In this document: in pieces, positions 55,621-64,000 of the stretch
Position numbering within the stretch: the stretch's first letter is position 1
Layout of the letters: every line of letters starts with the position of its first letter
Source of the DNA: Eledone cirrhosa
Taxonomy: Eukaryota
NCBI GenBank assembly: GCA_964016885.1
Contig: OZ024740.1
Coordinates: 296,484,001 to 296,548,000, forward strand
DNA length: 64,000 nt
Direction of reading: 5' to 3'
The notes under the pieces: generated by a model
The model's input: the letters and a program-made list of their open reading frames with translations, nothing else
Told to the model about the DNA's origin: nothing
Database searches by the model: none
Translations under genes and position numbers: made by a program

Positions 55621-58089
55621 TTTTATTTGGGGGATCCATTTTTTATTTGGGTGATCCATTTTTTATTTGGGTGATCCATTTTTTATTTGGGAGATCCATT
55701 TTTTATTTTGGTGACCCATTTTTTATTTTGGTGATCCATTTTTTATTTGTTGGATCCATTTTTTATTTGGGGGATCTATTTTTATTTGGGGGTCCCTATT
55801 TTTATTTGGGGGATCCATTTTACATTTGGGTGATCCATTTTTTATTTGGGTGATCCATTTTTTATTTGGTGGATCCATTTTTTATTTGGGGTATCCATTT
55901 TTTATTTGGGTGATCCATTTTTTATTTGGGGGATCCATTTTTTATTTGGGTGATCCATTTTTTATTTGGGTGATCCATTTTTTATTTGGGTGATCCATTT
56001 TTTATTTGTTGGATCCATTTTTTATTTGGGGGATCCATTTTTTATTTGGGGGTTCCATTTTTTATTTGGGGGATCCATTTTACATTTGGGTGATCCATTT
56101 TTTATTTGGGTGATCCATTTTTTATTTGGGGGATCCATTTTTTATTTGGGTGATCCATTTTTTATTTGGGTGATCCAGTTTTTGTTTGAGTGATCCATTT
56201 TTTATTTGGGGGATCCATTTTTAATTTGGGTGATCCATTTTTTATTTGTTGGATCCATTTTTTATTTGGGGGATCCATTTTTTATTTGGGGGATCCATTT
56301 TTTATTTGGGTGATCCATTTTTTATTTGGGGGATCCATTTTTTATTTAGGTGATCCATTTTTTAGTTGGGTGATCCATTTTTTTTGGGGGGGATCCATTT
56401 TTTATTTGTGTGATCCATTTTTTATTTGGCGGATCCATTTTTATTTGGGGGATCCATTTTTTATTTGTGTGATCCATTTTTTATTTGGCAGATCCATTTT
56501 TTATTTGGGGGATCCATTTTTTATTTGGGTGATCCATTTTTTATTTGGGGGATCCATTTTTTATTTGGGTGATCCATTTTCTATTTGGGTGATCCAGTTT
56601 TTGTTTGGATGATCCATTTTTTATTTGGGGGATCCATTTTTTATTTGGGTGATCCATTTTTTATTTGTTGGATCCATTTTTTATTTGGGGGATCCATTTT
56701 TTATTTGGGGGTTCCATTTTTTATTTGGGGGATCCATTTTACATTTGGGTGATCCATTTTTTATTTGGGTGATCCATTTTTTATTTGGGGGATCCATTTT
56801 TTATTTAGGGGATCCATTTTTTATTTGGGGGTTCCATTTTTTATTTGGGTGATCCATTTTTTATTTGGGGGATCCATTTTTTATTTAGGTGATCCATTTT
56901 TTAGTTGGGTGATCCATTTTTATTTGGGGGATCCATTTTTTATTTGTGTGATCCATTTTTTATTTGGCGGATCCATTTTTTATTTGGGGGATCCATTTTT
57001 TATTTGGGGATCCATTTTTTATTTAGGTGATCCATTTTTTAGTTGGGTGATCCATTTTTATTTGGGGGATCCATTTTTTATTTGTGTGATCCATTTTTTA
57101 TTTGGCGTATCCATTTTTATTTGGGGGATCCATTTTTTATTTGTGTGATCCATTTTTTATTTGGCAGATCCATTTTTTATTTGGGGGATCCATTTTTTAG
57201 TTGGGTGATCCATTTTTTATTTGGGGGATCCATTTTTTATTTGGGTGATACATTTTTTATTTGGGGGATCCATTTTTTATTTGGGTGATCCATTTTTTAT
57301 TTGGGTGATCCATATTTTATTTGGGTGATCCATTTTTTATTTGGGGGATCCATTTTTTATTAGGGTGATCCAATTTTTTATTTGGGTGATCCATTTTTTA
57401 TTTGGGTGATCCATTTTTTATTTGGGTGATCCATTTTTTATTTGGGGGATCCATTTTTTATTTGGGTGATCCATTTTTGATTTGGGTGATCCATTTTTTA
57501 TTTGGGGGATCCATTTTTTATTTGGGTGATCCATTTTTTATTTGGGGGATCCATTTTTTATTTGGGAGATCCATTTTTGATTTGGGTGATCCATTTTTTA
57601 TTTGGGTGATTCATTTTTTATTTGTTGGATCCATTTTTTATTTGGGGGATCCATTTTTATTTGGGGGACCCTATTTTTATTTGGGGGATCCATTTTACAT
57701 TTGGGTGATCCATTTTTTATTTGGGTGATCCATTTTTTATTTGGTGGATCCATTTTTTATTTGGGGTATCCATTTTTTATTTGGGTGATCCATTTTTTAT
57801 TTGGGGGATCCATTTTTTATTTGGGTTATCCATTTTTTATTTGGGTGATCCATTTTTTATTTGGGTGATCCATTTTTTATTTGTTGGATCCATTTTTTAT
57901 TTGGGGGATCCATTTTTTATTTGGGGGTTCCATTTTTTATTTGGGGGATCCATTTTACATTTGGGTGATCCATTTTTTATTTGGGTGATCCATTTTTTAT
58001 TTGGGGGATCCATTTTTTATTTGGGTGATCCATTTTTTATTTGGGTGATCCAGTTTTTGTTTGGGTGATCCATTTTTTATTTGGGGGAT

Positions 58090-61000
58090 CCATCAAATAA
58101 AAAATGGATCACCCAAATAAAAAATGGATCACCCAAATAAAAAATGGATCCCCCAAATAGAAAATGGATCCATTTTTTATTTGGGTGATCCATATTTTAT
58201 TTGGGTGATCCATTTTTATTTGGGGGATCCATTTTTTATTTGTGTGATCCATTTTTTATTTGGCGGATCCATTTTTTATTTGGAGGATCCATTTTTTATT
58301 TGGGGATCCATTTTTTATTTAGGTGATCCATTTTTTAGTTGGGTGATCCATTTTTATTTGGGGGATCCATTTTTTATTTGTGTGATCCATTTTTTATTTG
58401 GCGGATCCATTTTTATTTGGGGGATCCATTTTTTATTTGTGTGATCCATTTTTTATTTGGCAGATCCATTTTTTATTTGGGGGAACCATTTTTTATTTGG
58501 GTGATCCATTTTTTATTTGGCGGATCCATTTTTTATTTGGGTGATCCATTTTTTATTTGGGGGATCCATTTTTTATTTGGGTGATCCATTTTTTATTTGG
58601 GTGATCCATTTTTGATTTGGGTGATCCATTTTTTATTTGGGGGATCCATTTTTTATTTGGGTGATCCATTTTTTATTTGGGGGATCCATTTTTTATTTGG
58701 GAGATCCATTTTTTATTTGGGTGATCCATTTTTTATTTGGGTGATCCATTTTTTATTTGTTGGATCCATTTTTTATTTGGGGGATCCATTTTTATTTGGG
58801 GGACCCTATTTTTATTTGGGGGATCCATTTTACATTTGGGGTATCCATTTTTTATTTGGGTGATCCATTTTTTATTTGGGGGATCCATTTTTTATTTGGG
58901 TGATCCATTTTTTATTTGGGTGAGCCATTTTTTATTTGGGTGATCCATTTTTTATTTGTTGGATCCATTTTTTATTTGGTGGATCGACTTTTTATTTGGG
59001 GGTTCCATTTTTTATTTGGGGGATCCATTTTACATTTGGGTGATCCATTTTTTATTTGGGTGATCCATTTTTTATTTGGGGGATCCATTTTTTATTTGGG
59101 TGATCCATTTTTTATTTGGGGGATCCATTTTTTATTTGGGTGATCCATTTTCTATTTGGGGGATCGATTTTTTATTTGGGGGTTCCATTTTTTATTTGGG
59201 GGATCCATCAAATAAAAAATGGATCACCCAAATAAAAAATGGATCACCCAAATAAAAAATGGATCCCCCAAATAGAAAATGGATCCATTTTTTATTTGGG
59301 TGATCCATATTTTATTTGGGTGATCCATTTTTATTTGGGGGATCCATTTTTTATTTGTGTGATCCATTTTTTATTTTGCGGATCCATTTTTTATTTGGAG
59401 GATCCATTTTTTATTTGGGGATCCATTTTTTATTTAGGTGATCCATTTTTTAGTTGGGTGATCCATTTTTATTTGGGGGATCCATTTTTTATTTGTGTGA
59501 TCCATTTTTTATTTGGCGGATCCATTTTTATTTGGGGGATCCATTTTTTATTTGTGTGATCCATTTTTTATTTGGGTGATCCATTTTTTATTTGGGTGAT
59601 CCATTTTTTATTTGTTGGATCCATTTTTTATTTGGGGGATCCATTTTTTATTTGGGGGTTCCATTTTTTATTTGGGGGATCCATTTTACATTTGGGTGAT
59701 CCATTTTTTATTTGGGTGATCCATTTTTTATTTGGGGGATCCATTTTTTATTTGGGTGATCCATTTTTTATTTGGGTGATCCAGTTTTTGTTTGGGTGAT
59801 CCATTTTTTATTTGGGGGATCCATCAAATAAAAAATGGATCACCCAAATAAAAAATGGATCACCCAAATAAAAAATGGATCCCCCAAATAGAAAATGGAT
59901 CCATTTTTTATTTGGGTGATCCATATTTTATTTGGGTGATCCATTTTTATTTGGGGGATCCATTTTTTATTTGTGTGATCCATTTTTTATTTGGCGGATC
60001 CATTTTTTATTTGGAGGATCCATTTTTTATTTGGGGATCCATTTTTTATTTAGGTGATCCATTTTTTAGTTGGGTGATCCATTTTTATTTGGGGGATCCA
60101 TTTTTTATTTGTGTGATCCATTTTTTATTTGGCGGATCCATTTTTATTTGGGGGATCCATTTTTTATTTGTGTGATCCATTTTTTATTTGGCAGATCCAT
60201 TTTTTATTTGGGGGAACCATTTTTTATTTGGGTGATCCATTTTTTATTTGGCGGATCCATTTTTTATTTGGGTGATCCATTTTTTATTTGGGGGATCCAT
60301 TTTTTATTTGGGTGATCCATTTTTTATTTGGGTGATCCATTTTTGATTTGGGTGATCCATTTTTTATTTGGGGGATCCATTTTTTATTTGGGTGATCCAT
60401 TTTTTATTTGGGGGATCCATTTTTTATTTGGGAGATCCATTTTTTATTTGGGTGATCCATTTTTTATTTGGGTGATCCATTTTTTATTTGTTGGATCCAT
60501 TTTTTATTTGGGGGATCCATTTTTATTTGGGGGACCCTATTTTTATTTGGGGGATCCATTTTACATTTGGGGTATCCATTTTTTATTTGGGTGATCCATT
60601 TTTTATTTGGGGGATCCATTTTTTATTTGGGTGATCCATTTTTTATTTGGGTGAGCCATTTTTTATTTGGGTGATCCATTTTTTATTTGTTGGATCCATT
60701 TTTTATTTGGTGGATCGACTTTTTATTTGGGGGTTCCATTTTTTATTTGGGGGATCCATTTTACATTTGGGTGATCCATTTTTTATTTGGGTGATCCATT
60801 TTTTATTTGGGGGATCCATTTTTTATTTGGGTGATCCATTTTTTATTTGGGGGATCCATTTTTTATTTGGGTGATCCATTTTCTATTTGGGGGATCGATT
60901 TTTTATTTGGGGGTTCCATTTTTTATTTGGGGGATCCATCAAATAAAAAATGGATCACCCAAATAAAAAATGGATCACCCAAATAAAAAATGGATCCCCC

Positions 61001-63020
61001 AAATAGAAAATGGATCCATTTTTTATTTGGGTGATCCATATTTTATTTGGGTGATCCATTTTTATTTGGGGGATCCATTTTTTATTTGTGTGATCCATTT
61101 TTTATTTTGCGGATCCATTTTTTATTTGGAGGATCCATTTTTTATTTGGGGATCCATTTTTTATTTAGGTGATCCATTTTTTAGTTGGGTGATCCATTTT
61201 TATTTGGGGGATCCATTTTTTATTTGTGTGATCCATTTTTTATTTGGCGGATCCATTTTTATTTGGGGGATCCATTTTTTATTTGTGTGATCCATTTTTT
61301 ATTTGGGTGATCCATTTTTTATTTGGGTGATCCATTTTTTATTTGTTGGATCCATTTTTTATTTGGGGGATCCATTTTTTATTTGGGGGTTCCATTTTTT
61401 ATTTGGGGGATCCATTTTACATTTGGGTGATCCATTTTTTATTTGGGTGATCCATTTTTTATTTGGGGGATCCATTTTTTATTTGGGTGATCCATTTTTT
61501 ATTTGGGTGATCCAGTTTTTGTTTGGGTGATCCATTTTTTATTTGGGGGATCCATCAAATAAAAAATGGATCACCCAAATAAAAAATGGATCACCCAAAT
61601 AAAAAATGGATCCCCCAAATAGAAAATGGATCCATTTTTTATTTGGGTGATCCATATTTTATTTGGGTGATCCATTTTTATTTGGGGGATCCATTTTTTA
61701 TTTGTGTGATCCATTTTTTATTTGGCGGATCCATTTTTTATTTGGAGGATCCATTTTTTATTTGGGGATCCATTTTTTATTTAGGTGATCCATTTTTTAG
61801 TTGGGTGATCCATTTTTATTTGGGGGATCCATTTTTTATTTGTGTGATCCATTTTTTATTTGGCGGATCCATTTTTATTTGGGGGATCCATTTTTTATTT
61901 GTGTGATCCATTTTTTATTTGGCAGATCCATTTTTTATTTGGGGGAACCATTTTTTATTTGGGTGATCCATTTTTTATTTGGCGGATCCATTTTTTATTT
62001 GGGTGATCCATTTTTTATTTGGGGGATCCATTTTTTATTTGGGTGATCCATTTTTTATTTGGGTGATCCATTTTTGATTTGGGTGATCCATTTTTTATTT
62101 GGGGGATCCATTTTTTATTTGGGTGATCCATTTTTTATTTGGGGGATCCATTTTTTATTTGGGAGATCCATTTTTTATTTGGGTGATCCATTTTTTATTT
62201 GGGTGATCCATTTTTTATTTGTTGGATCCATTTTTTATTTGGGGGATCCATTTTTATTTGGGGGACCCTATTTTTATTTGGGGGATCCATTTTACATTTG
62301 GGGTATCCATTTTTTATTTGGGTGATCCATTTTTTATTTGGGGGATCCATTTTTTATTTGGGTGATCCATTTTTTATTTGGGTGAGCCATTTTTTATTTG
62401 GGTGATCCATTTTTTATTTGTTGGATCCATTTTTTATTTGGTGGATCGACTTTTTATTTGGGGGTTCCATTTTTTATTTGGGGGATCCATTTTACATTTG
62501 GGTGATCCATTTTTTATTTGGGTGATCCATTTTTTATTTGGGGGATCCATTTTTTATTTGGGTGATCCATTTTTTATTTGGGGGATCCATTTTTTATTTG
62601 GGTGATCCATTTTCTATTTGGGGGATCGATTTTTTATTTGGGGGTTCCATTTTTTATTTGGGGGATCCATCAAATAAAAAATGGATCACCCAAATAAAAA
62701 ATGGATCACCCAAATAAAAAATGGATCCCCCAAATAGAAAATGGATCCATTTTTTATTTGGGTGATCCATATTTTATTTGGGTGATCCATTTTTATTTGG
62801 GGTATCCATTTTTTATTTGTGTGATCCATTTTTTATTTTGCGGATCCATTTTTTATTTGGAGGATCCATTTTTTATTTGGGGATCCATTTTTTATTTAGG
62901 TGATCCATTTTTTAGTTGGGTGATCCATTTTTATTTGGGGGATCCATTTTTTATTTGTGTGATCCATTTTTTATTTGGCGGATCCATTTTTATTTGGGGG
63001 ATCCATTTTTTATTTGTGTG
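58090..63020 (+). repeat. 1,731-bp tandem higher-order repeat (1,115 + 616), nearly three copies
   Basis: Anchors 58124/59855/61586 and 59239/60970/62701 at constant offset 1,731. Confidence 0.92.
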
Positions 63021-64000
63021 ATCCATTTTTTATTTGGCAGATCCATTTTTTATTTGGGGGAACCATTTTTTATTTGGGTGATCCATTTTTTATTTGGCGG
63101 ATCCATTTTTTATTTGGGTGATCCATTTTTTATTTGGGGGATCCATTTTTTATTTGGGTGATCCATTTTTTATTTGGGTGATCCATTTTTGATTTGGGTG
63201 ATCCATTTTTTATTTGGGGGATCCATTTTTTATTTGGGTGATCCATTTTTTATTTGGGTGATCCATTTTTTATTTGGGCGATCCATTTTTTATTTTGGTG
63301 ACCCATTTTTTATTTTGGTGATCCATTTTTTATTTGTTGGATCCATTTTTTATTTGGGGGATCTATTTTTATTTGGGGGTCCCTATTTTTATTTGGGGGA
63401 TCCATTTTACATTTGGGTGATCCATTTTTTATTTGGGTGATCCATTTTTTATTTGGTGGATCCATTTTTTATTTGGGGTATCCATTTTTTATTTGGGTGA
63501 TCCATTTTTTATTTGGGGGATCCATTTTTTATTTGGGTGATCCATTTTTTATTTGGGTGATCCATTTTTTATTTGGGTGATCCATTTTTTATTTGTTGGA
63601 TCCATTTTTTATTTGGGGGATCCATTTTTTATTTGGGGGTTCCATTTTTTATTTGGGGGATCCATTTTACATTTGGGTGATCCATTTTTTATTTGGGTGA
63701 TCCATTTTTTATTTGGGGGATCCATTTTTTATTTGGGTGATCCATTTTTTATTTGGGTGATCCAGTTTTTGTTTGGGTGATCCATTTTTTATTTGGGGGA
63801 TCCATTTTTAATTTGGGTGATCCATTTTTTATTTGTTGGATCCATTTTTTATTTGGGGGATCCATTTTTTATTTGGGGGATCCATTTTTTATTTGGGTGA
63901 TCCATTTTTTATTTGGGGGATCCATTTTTTATTTAGGTGATCCATTTTTTAGTTGGGTGATCCATTTTTTTGGGGGGGGATCCATTTTTTATTTGTGTGA

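Larger units (their letters stand above)
1..64000. repeat. Satellite/minisatellite tandem array of 20-bp monomer GATCCATTTTTTATTTGGGK (~3,200 copies), mostly T/G-rich on the + strand; extends beyond both window edges
   Basis: Seen directly: every 60-nt line holds three phased copies of the monomer or its reverse complement (MCCCAAATAAAAAATGGATC). Variants are mostly single substitutions or +/-1 indels in the T or G runs. Monomer GC content is 30% (T-type) or 35% (G-type). Confidence 0.99.
41100..64000 (+). repeat. Right domain: modular higher-order array of 1,115-, ~3,008- and 616-bp blocks, each starting with the same 4-monomer micro-inversion (AAATAGAAAA variant)
   Basis: The MDHPNKKWIPQIENGS anchor recurs at 41136, 42111, 45119, 46234, 49242, 50357, 50973, 52088, 53383, 53999, 55114, 58124, 59239, 59855, 60970, 61586 and 62701. 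Spacings: 975, 3008, 1115, 3008, 1115, 616, 1115, 1295, 616, 1115, 3010, 1115, 616, 1115, 616, 1115. Confidence 0.94.

Noticed and set aside
24-63780. Hundreds of short hydrophobic ORFs (GDPFFIW/VIHFLFG/GSIFYL repeats)
   Set aside because: They are translations of a 20-bp monomer cycling through three frames. Starts are mostly TTG/GTG within the repeat, stops are the TGA of T-type monomers, frameshifting indels are frequent, and there is no coding signal. Reading TGA as Trp would open very long frames, but nothing supports translation.
1-64000. CRISPR array
   Set aside because: Repeats are directly adjacent, with no unique spacers, leader or cas genes.
1-64000. Telomerase-made telomeric tract (TTTGGG-containing G/T-rich strand; long repeat as in some yeasts)
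   Set aside because: It matches no telomere repeat I recognise. Kilobase blocks with inherited private variants and internal inversions indicate recombinational amplification. A remote telomeric origin or subtelomeric location cannot be excluded.
1-64000. AATAAA poly(A) signals on the - strand and T6 terminator-like runs on the + strand
   Set aside because: They are intrinsic to the monomer, and no transcription unit is present to give them meaning.
1-64000. Whole array as a synthetic concatemer or sequencing artefact (BamHI linker/primer multimer)
   Set aside because: Private variants recur collinearly at fixed multi-kb offsets in nested hierarchies, which random error or ligation would not produce. 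Local mis-assembly or amplification artefacts remain possible.
1-64000. Assignment as centromere or to a named satellite family
   Set aside because: I do not recognise the monomer and see no CENP-B box. The assignment needs chromatin data or a database search.

Overview
The whole 64-kb window is one tandem array of a 20-bp monomer, consensus GATCCATTTTTTATTTGGGK (K = T or G), about 3,200 copies (64,000/20), running off both edges. I found no unique sequence, real gene, RNA gene, transposon or CRISPR array. The listed ORFs are translations of the monomer and are useful only as alignment anchors. The array is internally structured: (i) two dominant monomer types plus recurrent private variants; (ii) higher-order duplications at offsets of 798, 1,115, 1,696, 1,731, ~2.8-3.3 kb, 3,026, 4,123 and 4,345 bp; (iii) about 40 micro-inversions of 2-4 monomers with stereotyped junctions centred on GGATCC; (iv) a ~5.8-kb spacerless palindrome (~7,690-13,525) whose centre and left end coincide with micro-inversion junctions; (v) three domains, with an inversion-free middle (~19.7-39.4 kb) and a right domain built from a chimeric, amplified cassette. 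It most resembles eukaryotic satellite DNA in a long-read assembly. Organism, chromosomal location and function cannot be determined from this window. Boundaries are approximate (about one monomer).
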